32,000 nucleotides of DNA from Patescibacteria group bacterium. Lineage in GTDB: Bacteria; Patescibacteriota; UBA1384; XYA2-FULL-43-10. Below, one piece after another: positions 1 to 9,353 of the stretch. Under the pieces are notes generated by a model that was given only the letters and a program-made list of their open reading frames with translations, did no database searches and was not told where the DNA came from. The stretch is from the NCBI GenBank assembly GCA_041674405.1, contig JBAYVT010000001.1, forward strand, positions 60,001-92,000, given 5' to 3'. Position 1 is the first letter of the stretch. Every line of letters begins with the position of its first letter. The position numbers were made by a program, and so were the translations under genes.

Positions 1-485
1 TTAATGCCTTTGCCCTTATACACCTCTGGTGGCCTGACTTTTCGGACTTTGGCTGCAAATTCACCAACTTTTTGCCTGTCAATTCCTTCGATAACAATGG
101 AATTTTTAACCACATTGACCGCAATTTCCTCTGGGATGTCGAGCTTTATCTCGTGTGAATAACCCATGTTGAGAATCAATTCTGTTCCTTCAACCCGAAC
201 ACGATAACCGGTACCTTTGAATTCGAGTGTCTTTTTGGCACCCTTAGACAAATCAGCAATAATTCCAGAAATAAGGCGGGTTATAAGCCCATGCTGTGAT
301 TTTTCAAATTTTGAATTTCCATTTCGGCTTGTCGTGATAATACCATTTTCTATCTTTACTTTAATTTCATCCGGCAAATCTAAAATTCTTTCACCTTTTG
401 TTGATTTTGCAATAAACTTGTTATTTTCAACAGATATTGTGATATTGTCATCAGTTTTAATTGGTCGTTTTCCTAGTCTTGACAT
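1..485 (-). CDS. rplF: 50S ribosomal protein L6 (3' end beyond window)
   Basis: Manual minus-strand translation from ATG at 485: MSRLGKRPIKTDDNITISVENNKF...GTGYRVRVEGTELILNMGYSHEIKLDIPEEIAV; follows rpsH as in the spc operon. Missing from the ORF track because it runs off the window. Confidence 0.93.
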   Translation of the reverse strand, partial: MSRLGKRPIKTDDNITISVENNKFIAKSTKGERILDLPDEIKVKIENGIITTSRNGNSKFEKSQHGLITRLISGIIADLSKGAKKTLEFKGTGYRVRVEGTELILNMGYSHEIKLDIPEEIAVNVVKNSIVIEGIDRQKVGEFAAKVRKVRPPEVYKGKGI

Positions 486-490
486 ATTTC

Positions 491-868
491 CTACCAAATT
501 TCACAAATTAATTCACCACCGATATTCGTTTTCTTGGCTTCGCGTCCAGAAATCACACCGACTGGCGTTGACATTACGATGAGTCCCAGGCCACGCAAAG
601 GTTTAGGAATATCGTTGGCTTTGACATAAATGCGCTGTCCCGGCTTACTCAATCTCTTTAAATGCATCATTTTACCAGCGCCAAACGTAACAAGAAGCAT
701 CTTTTGGTTCTTAACAATTTTTTCAGAAACCGCAGAAATAAACCCTTCCTTTAGGATCACGTCCAAAACCGCTTTCTTGTGTTTCGAGTAAGGCAAAACT
801 GCTTCGGTTTTTCCGGCGCTTAATGCGTTTTTCAATCTGATTAATAAATCTGCAATTGGATCTGACAT
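491..868 (-). CDS. rpsH: 30S ribosomal protein S8
   Basis: 125 aa, MSDPIADLLIRLKNAL...STPVGVISGREAKKTNIGGELICEIW; syntenic. Confidence 0.97.
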   Translation of the reverse strand: MSDPIADLLIRLKNALSAGKTEAVLPYSKHKKAVLDVILKEGFISAVSEKIVKNQKMLLVTFGAGKMMHLKRLSKPGQRIYVKANDIPKPLRGLGLIVMSTPVGVISGREAKKTNIGGELICEIW

Positions 869-922
869 ATTGTCTCTTAAAGTTTAATTGATATATTTTC
901 TGTGTTTAAAATTCTGTACAAT

Positions 923-1108
923 TTACCAGCTGGACTTGGTTACGCCAGGTATTTCTCCACGGCTAGCTCGCTCTCTAAAGCAGATGCGGCACATATCATA
1001 CTTTCTTATGTAAGCACGCGGCCGTCCGCAAAGCTTACATCTTCGTATTTTACGTGTGGAAAATTTTGGCTTTCTATTCGCCTTTACAATCATCGATTCT
1101 TTAGCCAT
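923..1108 (-). CDS. rpsN: 30S ribosomal protein S14, zinc-binding type
   Basis: 61 aa with CxxC...CxxC ([40 protein letters not shown]). Confidence 0.97.
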   Translation of the reverse strand: MAKESMIVKANRKPKFSTRKIRRCKLCGRPRAYIRKYDMCRICFRERASRGEIPGVTKSSW

Positions 1109-1662
1109 TATTTGCTCCCTTCTTGTTTTTCAAACGGGAATCCTAGCGCAGAAAGCAATGCCTCACATTCGGCATTATTCTTGGCAGTTGTATTAACATT
1201 TATCTGAAAACCGAAATTCTCGGTTACATTTTCAAATTTAATTTCGGGCATGATTGTATGCTCAGAAATTCCAAGCGAATAATTGCCCCTGCCATCGAAT
1301 CCATTTCGGGACAATCCCTTGAAATCTCTAACGCGTGGAAGAGCGACATTGGCTAGGCGGAAAATAAAATCATACATTTTCTCGCCGCGTAGTGTTACTG
1401 TAAGGCCGACTGGCTGGCCAATTCGCAGCTTAAATGCAGAAACTGCTTTTCTGGATTTGTTGATTTTAGGTTTCTGGCCAGTAATTATTGCCAGGTCATT
1501 CTGAATTTTTTCAATTGCTTTTTCTTCTTCTTTGAATTTGCCAACACCCGAGGATACAACTACTTTTGTAACTTTCGGTGTTCTTTCGATATTGGTAAAA
1601 GAGAGAGTTTTTTTGAGCTCTGGCCTGATCGTGTCATAAAATTTTTCTTTCAAAGCGGTCAT
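1108..1662 (-). CDS. rplE: 50S ribosomal protein L5
   Basis: 184 aa with typical L5 motifs ([32 protein letters not shown]) and synteny. Confidence 0.97.
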   Translation of the reverse strand: MTALKEKFYDTIRPELKKTLSFTNIERTPKVTKVVVSSGVGKFKEEEKAIEKIQNDLAIITGQKPKINKSRKAVSAFKLRIGQPVGLTVTLRGEKMYDFIFRLANVALPRVRDFKGLSRNGFDGRGNYSLGISEHTIMPEIKFENVTENFGFQINVNTTAKNNAECEALLSALGFPFEKQEGSK

Positions 1663-1982
1663 TACTTGGCTCCTCCCTCAATTGACTGATTGCATTTTTT
1701 GCAAATTCGAATTTTAGCATCATTCTTTATGCTGTATCCGACTCTTCCTGATTTGCCGCAATTCGGGCAAATGACAGCAACATTGGATGCGTCAAGCTTT
1801 TTGTTGATGTCGATTATTCCACCCTGCGGGTTCTTGCGGCTCGGCTTAACATGTTTTTTCATGATATGAACGCCTTTTACAGTAAGTTTATTTTCGGTGG
1901 CAAAAACACTATCAACTATGCCGCTTTTTCCGCGGTCTTTGCCAACTTTTACCAATACATTGTCATTTTTCTTAATTTTCAT
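1662..1982 (-). CDS. rplX: 50S ribosomal protein L24
   Basis: KOW-type start MKIKKNDNVLVKVGKDRGKSG and C-terminal CPNCGK...CKKC; syntenic. Confidence 0.96.
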   Translation of the reverse strand: MKIKKNDNVLVKVGKDRGKSGIVDSVFATENKLTVKGVHIMKKHVKPSRKNPQGGIIDINKKLDASNVAVICPNCGKSGRVGYSIKNDAKIRICKKCNQSIEGGAK

Positions 1983-2026
1983 CGTATTTACTTTATGAAC
2001 TTTATAAACTTTATGGACTTAATAGA

Positions 2027-2392
2027 CTATAATACTTCGGGTGCTAACGAAATTATTTTCATGTAGCCATTTCTTATCTCGCGTGGAATAGGCCCGAAAA
2101 TACGCGTACCTCGTGGATTTTTATCATTGTCGATAATTACCGCAGCGTTTTCATCAAACCGGATATATGAGCCATCTTCGCGGCCAAGTTCTTTTCTTGT
2201 CCTCACTATCACTGCTTTTACAACTTCCTTTTTCTTGACAGTTCCGCGAGGAATAGCGACTTTCACCGATGCGGTAATAACATCACCAATCTTGGCTGCA
2301 TCTCTTTTTTTGTGTCCCAAAATAGTAATGCATTCGATTTCCTTTGCACCAGTATTGTCTGCAACTTTTAATCTTGTTCCGGGCTGAATCAC
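2027..2392 (-). CDS. rplN: 50S ribosomal protein L14
   Basis: 121 aa, [22 protein letters not shown]...[14 protein letters not shown]. Confidence 0.98.
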   Translation of the reverse strand: MIQPGTRLKVADNTGAKEIECITILGHKKRDAAKIGDVITASVKVAIPRGTVKKKEVVKAVIVRTRKELGREDGSYIRFDENAAVIIDNDKNPRGTRIFGPIPREIRNGYMKIISLAPEVL

Positions 2393-2640
2393 TAGCTAAC
2401 CTTTCTTACCGCTTCAAAATGCTTATTTTTTGAAAGTGGCTTTGTTTCTTTAATTTCAACAACATCACCTGTTTTATATTCGTTCTTCTCATCGTTGACC
2501 AAGTATTTCTTTGAAACCTTATACTTCTTTTTATAAAGGCGATTTGTCTTGATCCGGTCAACCGAAACGGTAATGGTTTTGTCTAAACCATCAAACACTA
2601 CTTCGCCAACTAAAATTCTAGATGTTTTTTCTTCTTTCAT
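2392..2640 (-). CDS. rpsQ: 30S ribosomal protein S17
   Basis: 82 aa, [36 protein letters not shown]...[18 protein letters not shown]. Confidence 0.96.
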   Translation of the reverse strand: MKEEKTSRILVGEVVFDGLDKTITVSVDRIKTNRLYKKKYKVSKKYLVNDEKNEYKTGDVVEIKETKPLSKNKHFEAVRKVS

Positions 2641-2642
2641 TT

Positions 2643-2843
2643 TTACTCCGCACTCGCATTCTTAATGGTAAGAAGCCGAGCAAGTTTCTTTTTATTATCG
2701 GAAATCTGAGCGTGATTTGAAGATTTTCCTGCTTTAACAGAAAGGCTTTTTACGGCAATTTCTTTTCTGGCTTTTGCAATTTCTGCCAAAATCTCAGTAT
2801 CTTTCATATTTTTTATTCTTTTCAATTCTTCGGTTTTTTTCAT
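2643..2843 (-). CDS. rpmC: 50S ribosomal protein L29
   Basis: 66 aa between rplP and rpsQ; L29-like helical composition (KDTEILAEIAKARKEI...NKKKLARLLTI). Confidence 0.85.
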   Translation of the reverse strand: MKKTEELKRIKNMKDTEILAEIAKARKEIAVKSLSVKAGKSSNHAQISDNKKKLARLLTIKNASAE

Positions 2844-3253
2844 TATTCTTCCTTTGTGAGAAATTTGGTCTTGACGGAAATTTTATGCTGAGCTAGTCTC
2901 ATCGCTTCTTTTGCTATGTCGTAAGGTACGCCATCCATTTCAAACAATATTCTGCCTGGGCGAATAACTGCCACGAAGTGGTCAAGTGCGCCCTTGCCCG
3001 AACCCATCGGTACTTCTGCGCTAGTTGCAGTTACAGGTTTGTTCGGAAAAACCCTAATCCAGATTTCACCACCGCGCTTGACATATCGAGTCATGGCGCG
3101 CCGTGCAGCTTCGATTTCACGTGCGGAAATCCAGCCATCCGACAAAGCCTTGATTGCATACTTACCAAAGGAAATTTCTGATCCGCGATATGCCAAACCT
3201 CGGCGCTTGCCGCGCTGTTCTTTCCTGTGTTTCATTTTCTTTGGCATTAACAT
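2843..3253 (-). CDS. rplP: 50S ribosomal protein L16
   Basis: [37 protein letters not shown]...RHKxxVKTKF. True start may be the third residue Met. Confidence 0.97.
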   Translation of the reverse strand: MLMPKKMKHRKEQRGKRRGLAYRGSEISFGKYAIKALSDGWISAREIEAARRAMTRYVKRGGEIWIRVFPNKPVTATSAEVPMGSGKGALDHFVAVIRPGRILFEMDGVPYDIAKEAMRLAQHKISVKTKFLTKEE

Positions 3254-3274
3254 GTGAATAATCCTTCGTGTATA

Positions 3275-3922
3275 TTATTTCTCGGTTTTTGCAAATTCAA
3301 TTTCTCTCTCGCCGTTATAAATCCAAACCTTGACGCCGATAATTCCGTAAGTTGTAAGGGCGGTTACATAAGAATAATCAATTCCACTCTTGAATGTTGA
3401 AAGAGGAACAGTGCCCAGGATCACCTTCTCGGTCCTAGCAATATCGGCTCCATTCAAACGCCCTGAAACTTGAACCTTAATGCCGCGAACCCCAGATTCT
3501 TTTGCCTTCTCGGCAGCTTGTTTCATAGCCCGCCTGAATGGCATTCTTTTTTCAAGTTGGAAAGCAACATTTGAAGCGACATAAGCAGCGACTGTTTCCG
3601 GTTTTTTTACCTCAACAATGTTGATTCTGGCCTTACCACCGGTTTCTTTTTCTACGAACTCTTTAATTTTTTCAGAACCGGCACCGCCGCGGCCAATTAT
3701 AACACCGGGCCTTGCGGAATAAATTGAGACGGAAATCATATTCGCATCACGATCAATGATCACATCAGTGACGGCAGCGCTTTTTAAGCGGTCCTTGATC
3801 TTGTCGCGAAGTTTTATATCGGAAATAAGGTTTTTAGCGTAGTTTTTGCTCTCAAACCATGTTGATTTCCAACTTTCGTTAATCTTCAAACGTATCGATT
3901 TTGGATTTACCTTCTGTCCCAT
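3275..3922 (-). CDS. rpsC: 30S ribosomal protein S3
   Basis: 215 aa, MGQKVNPKSIRLKIN...GRGGAGSEKIKEFVEKETGGKARINIVEVKKPE...GIIGVKVWIYNGE. Confidence 0.98.
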   Translation of the reverse strand: MGQKVNPKSIRLKINESWKSTWFESKNYAKNLISDIKLRDKIKDRLKSAAVTDVIIDRDANMISVSIYSARPGVIIGRGGAGSEKIKEFVEKETGGKARINIVEVKKPETVAAYVASNVAFQLEKRMPFRRAMKQAAEKAKESGVRGIKVQVSGRLNGADIARTEKVILGTVPLSTFKSGIDYSYVTALTTYGIIGVKVWIYNGEREIEFAKTEK

Positions 3923-3924
3923 AA

Positions 3925-4485
3925 TTATTCCTTTGCTTGCTTCGTAGAAGCCTTTTTAGCTTTAGGCTTTGCTGTATCAGCTTTCTTGTTTTTTCCGACA
4001 CTTTCGGTCGGAACTCCGACATCCGCCTTCGGCGTGGTCGTCGGAGCTTTTTCAACTTTATTAACTTCTGCTTTTTCAGCTTTGTTTGCCTCTTTTTTCT
4101 CGACTTTAACTTCTTCTTTGGATGATTTCGTTTTATTATTGGCTTTTGTGGCTTCGATTTCATCAGACAAAGTAAGAGTCAAGTGGCACATTCGTTTCTT
4201 AATCGCTGTGGCACGGCCCTTTGAAACAATTCTTCGTCTTTTCAGCCGTGGGCCTTCGTCACACTTGATGTTTTTAACAAAAACGTTTTCTGTATCCAAT
4301 TCCTGATCCTTGTAGGCAGCGATGCCGGATTTCAAAAGCGAATACAGGTCATTAGAAACGGCGGTTTCGGCATATTTGAGAATTGCCAATGCTTCGGAAG
4401 CATTTTTTCGCTTGATTCCGAAAAGAACCGGACGAACTTTCCTTGGTGAGACTCTCAGATACATTTTTTTAACTGTAATTTCCAT
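3925..4485 (-). CDS. rplV: 50S ribosomal protein L22 with long Lys/Ala/Glu-rich C-terminal extension
   Basis: Core YLRVSPRKVRPVLFGIKRKNASEAL...GPRLKRRRIVSKGRATAIKKRMCHLTLTLSD, followed by ~75 aa of low-complexity tail; syntenic. Confidence 0.95.
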   Translation of the reverse strand: MEITVKKMYLRVSPRKVRPVLFGIKRKNASEALAILKYAETAVSNDLYSLLKSGIAAYKDQELDTENVFVKNIKCDEGPRLKRRRIVSKGRATAIKKRMCHLTLTLSDEIEATKANNKTKSSKEEVKVEKKEANKAEKAEVNKVEKAPTTTPKADVGVPTESVGKNKKADTAKPKAKKASTKQAKE

Positions 4486-4510
4486 ATTTCTTGTTGTAAA
4501 TTATTTTATA

Positions 4511-4801
4511 TTATGCCCCAGCTTTTGCCTGTTCTTTGGCCATTTTACCACCATGCCTGACAAACTTTCTGGTAGGCGAGAATTCACCCAGCCTGTGCCC
4601 AACCATATCCTCAACTATAAATACCGGAATATGTTCTTTGCCATTGTGGACTGCGATTGTCACTCCCACCATTTCAGGCGAAATAACACAAGCTCGCGAC
4701 CAGGTTTTGATCGGTTTTCTGTCTCCAGACGCCTTAGCAGCCATAACTTTGCGAAGAACGCGTTCATCTACGTATGGGCCTTTTTTGAGTGAGCGTGACA
4801 T
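4511..4801 (-). CDS. rpsS: 30S ribosomal protein S19
   Basis: 96 aa, [19 protein letters not shown]...[20 protein letters not shown]. Confidence 0.98.
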   Translation of the reverse strand: MSRSLKKGPYVDERVLRKVMAAKASGDRKPIKTWSRACVISPEMVGVTIAVHNGKEHIPVFIVEDMVGHRLGEFSPTRKFVRHGGKMAKEQAKAGA

Positions 4802-5628
4802 TATTTCCTCTTCTTGACGATTAATAAAGCTGACTTTTTATTTCTCTTTCGAGTCTTGTGGCCGAGCGCCGGCATACCCCAAGGCGTTTTCGGATACTTA
4901 AGACCGATTGAGGTTCCACCCTCACCACCACCATGCGGGTGATCGCAAGGATTCTTCGCTTTACCTCTAACGTGTGGTTTTCTGCCAGAAAGGCGAACTC
5001 GGCCAGCTTTACCAATGGTGATATTGCTGTGATCCGAGCAGGAAACCGCACCTATTGAAGCAAAACACTCAACACTAGTTTTTCGAATTTCACCAGAAGA
5101 CATGCGGAGCTGGGCAAAATCCTTGTCAATGCCAAGAAGAATGCAGTATGCGCCGGCAGATCGAACCATCTGCCCGCCGCGTCCAGGAACCATTTCAACA
5201 TTGTAAATCTGAGTTGATGCCGGGATATTTTTGATTTTCATCCTGTTTCCGGTACGAATTGCAGCTTTTTCGGAAGCAACAATGCTTGCGCCTTCCTTTA
5301 ATCCCTCTGGAGCAAGGATATAAGACTTTTCGCCGTTTTCATATTCAATAAGGGCGATGTTGGCGGTTCTATTTGGATCGTATTCGATTGCAATAACTTT
5401 TGCTTTTTCATCAAGTTTTTCTGTTTGTTTGAAATCAACAAATCTAAATAGTTTTTTGAATCCGCCCCCACGGTTTCGGGCTGTCATTCTGCCAGAATTA
5501 TTTCTGCCGGCAGTATTTTTCCCACCAAAAGTAAGGCTTTTTTCTGGAGCTTTTTTGGAGACGCCTGAAACCAAGACGCTCATTTGGCGCCTGGCATTGC
5601 TTGTGGATTTTATAACTTTGATTGGCAT
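4801..5628 (-). CDS. rplB: 50S ribosomal protein L2
   Basis: 275 aa, [18 protein letters not shown]...[10 protein letters not shown]...[39 protein letters not shown]. Confidence 0.99.
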   Translation of the reverse strand: MPIKVIKSTSNARRQMSVLVSGVSKKAPEKSLTFGGKNTAGRNNSGRMTARNRGGGFKKLFRFVDFKQTEKLDEKAKVIAIEYDPNRTANIALIEYENGEKSYILAPEGLKEGASIVASEKAAIRTGNRMKIKNIPASTQIYNVEMVPGRGGQMVRSAGAYCILLGIDKDFAQLRMSSGEIRKTSVECFASIGAVSCSDHSNITIGKAGRVRLSGRKPHVRGKAKNPCDHPHGGGEGGTSIGLKYPKTPWGMPALGHKTRKRNKKSALLIVKKRK

Positions 5629-5747
5629 ATTTATTATCTAATAACTAATAACTTAAATGTAATAACCTTATTCTTATCTAACAACCGAATGAAATATTCC
5701 TTTGGTTCTTTGTTTTTCGCTTTTAGTTATTAGTTTCAAGTTAATAA

Positions 5748-6155
5748 CTATTTATTTGTCGTTCTGCCCCCGAGAAGACCTTTTTTCGGTTCGCGGATGG
5801 TAGTTTTGACATCTTTATTTTCAATTACTTCTTTTTTCTCGATTTTGGCAGCTTGTTTCTTTTCGGCCTTGTTGTCTTTCTTGTCACCCTCAACCTCAAA
5901 GATATCTATCGAATCTTTTTTTGCCAAAGTCACAATGGCTTTCTTGTAATCCTGCCTTTTGCCAGCGCCTTTCTTGGTCCGTTTGACTTTACCAATAATG
6001 TTCGAGGTATTTACAGACAAAACGGATACGGCATAAATCTTCTCAACGCTTCTTTTGATCTCATCCTTGGACATATCCTTTGAAACGATGAAGGTATATT
6101 TCGATTTCGAAGCTTGATAAAAGCTTTTTTCAGAAATGATGGCTTTATTTATCAT
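5748..6155 (-). CDS. rplW: 50S ribosomal protein L23 with charged C-terminal extension
   Basis: MINKAIISEKSFYQASKSKYTFIVSKDMSKDEIKRSVEKIYAVSVLSVNTSNIIGKVKRTKKGAGKRQDYKKAIVTLAKKDSIDIFE plus charged tail. The ORF track starts at 6185, but the internal ATG at 6155 matches the family start better. Confidence 0.92.
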   Translation of the reverse strand: MINKAIISEKSFYQASKSKYTFIVSKDMSKDEIKRSVEKIYAVSVLSVNTSNIIGKVKRTKKGAGKRQDYKKAIVTLAKKDSIDIFEVEGDKKDNKAEKKQAAKIEKKEVIENKDVKTTIREPKKGLLGGRTTNK

Positions 6156-6780
6156 TATCACTTCCTTTTTCAACAAACATTTCATCGTAAGCTTTTTTGG
6201 TCATGACGAGAAAATCAGATGAGGTAAGCGAAATCATATCTATATCGGATTTACCCATGATGGCGACATAAGGAAGGTTTCGAAATGCGCGCGCCGAGTC
6301 AGCTTCTGATCCGGCAAGAAAAAGTGAAATTTTTCCTTCAAGCCCGAGTTTGACAAGCAGTTTTTCGGCTTCCTTGGTTTTGGCATCTTTGATATCGATC
6401 GAATCGATAATAAGGAGCCTTTTGTTCTTGGCAAAGAAACCAAAAACTGAATATCTTGCTTTGGCGCGGAACTTCTTGTTAAGCCTTGTGGAAAAATTCT
6501 GGTCGCGGGATGGACCGAATGTAACTCCACCACCAACCCAGAGAGGCGATCTGTTCGATCCAGCTCTGGCATTCCCGGTGCCTTTCTGTCTCCATGGCTT
6601 CTTGCCGCCGCCGGAAACTGCACTTCTATCCTTGGCATCAGCGATTGCCGATCTTTGGCAATTACGAATGTAATTGATATATTCGGCAAGATGCTGAGCG
6701 TTTAAGCTTTCATCAAAAACCGGAGAGAGGGTAATCTCTTTTTCAGATGGGCCGGTTTTTGTGTAAAGTTTAAGTTTCAT
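6145..6780 (-). CDS. rplD: 50S ribosomal protein L4
   Basis: 211 aa, RSAVSGGGKKPWRQKGTGNARAGSNRSPLWVGGGVTFGP; syntenic. Confidence 0.97.
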   Translation of the reverse strand: MKLKLYTKTGPSEKEITLSPVFDESLNAQHLAEYINYIRNCQRSAIADAKDRSAVSGGGKKPWRQKGTGNARAGSNRSPLWVGGGVTFGPSRDQNFSTRLNKKFRAKARYSVFGFFAKNKRLLIIDSIDIKDAKTKEAEKLLVKLGLEGKISLFLAGSEADSARAFRNLPYVAIMGKSDIDMISLTSSDFLVMTKKAYDEMFVEKGSDNDK

Positions 6781-6812
6781 ATTTTTAGTTTGTAGATAGT
6801 AGTCCGTAGTCC

Positions 6813-7412
6813 TTAGTTGGTAGATTCCTGTGTTTCTGCCTTTTTAATAACGCTGATTTTAATTTTTGAGCCTTTAGGTCCCGGAATTGATCCTTTGATC
6901 AAAATCTCGCCAGAATTTGTATCGATATCAAATATTTCAAGATTCTTCTGCATAACTTGCCTTGCGCCTAAGTGCCCTGGCATCTTGCGGCCAGCAACAA
7001 CACGCTGTGGATATCCACCACCGATTGAGCCAGGTGCTCTGTGATGATTTGAACCATGGCCCATCGGACCGCGGGAAAATCCATGGCGCTTGATAACGCC
7101 GGCAAAACCTTTGCCTTTTCCCGTACCAACAACTTCTATAATATCACCGCTATTTAAATCAAATTTAACATTGTCGCCAGCCTTATAAGATTTGGCATCT
7201 TCAGTGGCAAATTCTGAATATTTTGCCTTGGCATTTTTCTTGTCAGGGGCAGGGACAAACTCAACCTGAACGCCATTGTAGCCATTTTTTTCTTCAGTTA
7301 AGACCTGAGAGACTTTAAGATCGAGCAAAGCAAGCTTGGTTGCAGCAAAAACTTTACCTTCGCTATCGAAGACTCGTGTCATTCCTACTTTTTTGGCAAT
7401 TGCAAACGGCAT
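6813..7412 (-). CDS. rplC: 50S ribosomal protein L3
   Basis: 199 aa, GKGFAGVIKRHGFSRGPMGHGSNHHRAPGSIG...PGRVV/KMPGHLGARQV-type motif. Confidence 0.98.
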   Translation of the reverse strand: MPFAIAKKVGMTRVFDSEGKVFAATKLALLDLKVSQVLTEEKNGYNGVQVEFVPAPDKKNAKAKYSEFATEDAKSYKAGDNVKFDLNSGDIIEVVGTGKGKGFAGVIKRHGFSRGPMGHGSNHHRAPGSIGGGYPQRVVAGRKMPGHLGARQVMQKNLEIFDIDTNSGEILIKGSIPGPKGSKIKISVIKKAETQESTN

Positions 7413-7564
7413 AATATATTTCTACTTAACAAGGCCAACAATAATTGACCTGGAACCTCCACCCTCTGGGTGATGTTATCCATGGTCAAGTTGTATAACT
7501 TATCAAGTTGTTACCCCGAGGACTAACGCTATTCGGGGCAACTAATTTAACAAGTTAAAGATTA
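7413..7564 (-). promoter_or_regulatory. Structured rpsJ-rplC intergenic leader (candidate ribosomal protein operon leader)
   Basis: Unusually long gap in a compact operon. Minus strand carries GTTGCCCCGA...TCGGGGTAAC (10-bp stem with one G.U), CACCC-AGA-GGGTG and an outer GACC...GGTC. Confidence 0.4.
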
Positions 7565-7891
7565 CTACATTTTGATCTCAATGTCAACGCCAGCAGGAAG
7601 ATCGAGGGACATCAAGTTGTCGATCGTCTTTCCGGATGGATTCAAGACGTCGATAAGCCTTTTGTGGACTTTCATCTCAAATTGCTCGCGGGAATCCTTG
7701 TGAACGTGCGGGGATTTGATAACGGTAACCTTGGAAACTTCGGTTGGAAGCGGTACCGGCCCACAGACGCTTGCGCCTGATCTGACAACTGTTTCGATAA
7801 TCAGCCTTGCGGATTTATCGATAATCCTGTTGTCGTAAGCCTTGAGCTTAATTCTGATCTTTTGTTTTACTTCTTTTGCTTGGGTTGGCAT
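7565..7891 (-). CDS. rpsJ: 30S ribosomal protein S10
   Basis: 108 aa, [72 protein letters not shown]. Confidence 0.98.
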   Translation of the reverse strand: MPTQAKEVKQKIRIKLKAYDNRIIDKSARLIIETVVRSGASVCGPVPLPTEVSKVTVIKSPHVHKDSREQFEMKVHKRLIDVLNPSGKTIDNLMSLDLPAGVDIEIKM

Positions 7892-7903
7892 GATCGAATT
7901 TCC

Positions 7904-9082
7904 TTATTTGGTAATCTTGGTAACTACACCTGCACCAACGGTCTTGCCACCTTCACGGATAGCAAACTTAAGTCCTTCTTCCATAGCGATCGGCTGGATA
8001 AGCTTGACCTGAACGTTGACAGTATCGCCTGGCATAACCATTTCTTTGTCAAAGGTGATTTCACCGGTAACATCAGTGGTTCGGATGTAGAATTGTGGTT
8101 TGTAGCCTTTGAAGAATGGGCTGTGTCGTCCACCTTCCTCTTTGGTCAATGCATAGATTTCAGCATCAAACTCGGTATGAGGAGTGATTGTGCCCGGCTT
8201 GGCAAGCACCTGGCCGCGCTCAATATCTTCACGCTCGATACCTCGAAGAAGAACACCGACATTATCACCAGCTTGGCCTTGGTCAAGCATCTTCTTGAAC
8301 ATTTCAACACCGGTAACAACTGTTTTGGTAGTCTTTTTGATGCCGACAATTTCGATTTCATCGTTGACCTTTACAATACCGCGGTCAATTCTACCTGTGG
8401 CAACAGTGCCTCGGCCTTTGATCGAAAATACGTCTTCAACAGGCATAAGAAATGGCTTGTCGATTTCACGTTTTGGCTCTGGAACAGCTTCATCAAGAGC
8501 ATTCATAAGGTCATCAATTGATTTGACAGCATCTGCATTGCCCTCGAGTGCCTTAAGAGCGGAACCGCGGATGATTTTGGCATTGTCGCCATCATATTCG
8601 TATTTGGTCAAAAGCTCGCGGATTTCCATCTCGACAAGGTCAAGAAGCTCGGGATCGTCAACCATGTCGGTCTTGTTCATGTAAACGATGATTACAGGAA
8701 CGCCAACCTGGTTGGCTAGAAGAATGTGCTCGCGAGTTTGCGGCATCGGTCCATCAGCAGCGGACACAACCAAGATCGCACCATCCATCTGTGCGGCACC
8801 GGTGATCATGTTTTTGACATAGTCAGCGTGGCCTGGGCAGTCGACGTGTGCGTAGTGGCGTTTTGCTGTTTCGTACTCAGAGTGGTGAGTAGCGATAGTA
8901 ATACCTCTCTCACGCTCTTCTGGGGCATTGTCAATTTCTTCAAACTTTTCAACGCGCGCCATTCCTTTGTCGCCTTGAACCTTCAAGATTGCCGCAGTCA
9001 GGGTTGTTTTACCATGGTCGACGTGACCAATGGTACCAACATTGACGTGAGGCTTTGTTCTTTCAAACTTTTCTGCAGCCAT
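7904..9082 (-). CDS. tuf: Elongation factor Tu
   Basis: 392 aa, [66 protein letters not shown]. Confidence 0.99.
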   Translation of the reverse strand: MAAEKFERTKPHVNVGTIGHVDHGKTTLTAAILKVQGDKGMARVEKFEEIDNAPEERERGITIATHHSEYETAKRHYAHVDCPGHADYVKNMITGAAQMDGAILVVSAADGPMPQTREHILLANQVGVPVIIVYMNKTDMVDDPELLDLVEMEIRELLTKYEYDGDNAKIIRGSALKALEGNADAVKSIDDLMNALDEAVPEPKREIDKPFLMPVEDVFSIKGRGTVATGRIDRGIVKVNDEIEIVGIKKTTKTVVTGVEMFKKMLDQGQAGDNVGVLLRGIEREDIERGQVLAKPGTITPHTEFDAEIYALTKEEGGRHSPFFKGYKPQFYIRTTDVTGEITFDKEMVMPGDTVNVQVKLIQPIAMEEGLKFAIREGGKTVGAGVVTKITK

Positions 9083-9184
9083 TTTGTTGTCTCCTGATGT
9101 GGCAAGTAGCTTGCCTCATCTATTAATTAACATTTTTTGCGCTATCGCTATATTAACCTAAAAACTCATTTTACGCAAGAGGCA

Positions 9185-9353
9185 AGCTCTCGCTAATTTC
9201 AAATATCAAATTTCTAATTTCAAACAAAATTTTTTAATGTTCAAAATTTGATATTTTATTTGTAATTCGTCATTCGGATTTTGACATTTTGTTTGTCATT
9301 TTACATTTGTAATTTGACATTTCAATTGTCATTTGTCATTTGTAATTTGACAT
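9185..9353. repeat. AT-rich low-complexity spacer built from ATTTGTCATTTG / TTTGACATTT-like units
   Basis: Direct reading: tttgtcattttacatttgtaatttgacatttcaattgtcatttgtcatttgtaatttgaca. Repeated variants of a ~7-10 bp word between tuf and fusA. Confidence 0.85.

Noticed and set aside
9185-9353. Mobile element remnant between tuf and fusA
   Set aside because: Only short AT-rich word repetition; no terminal inverted repeats, transposase fragment or target duplication visible.
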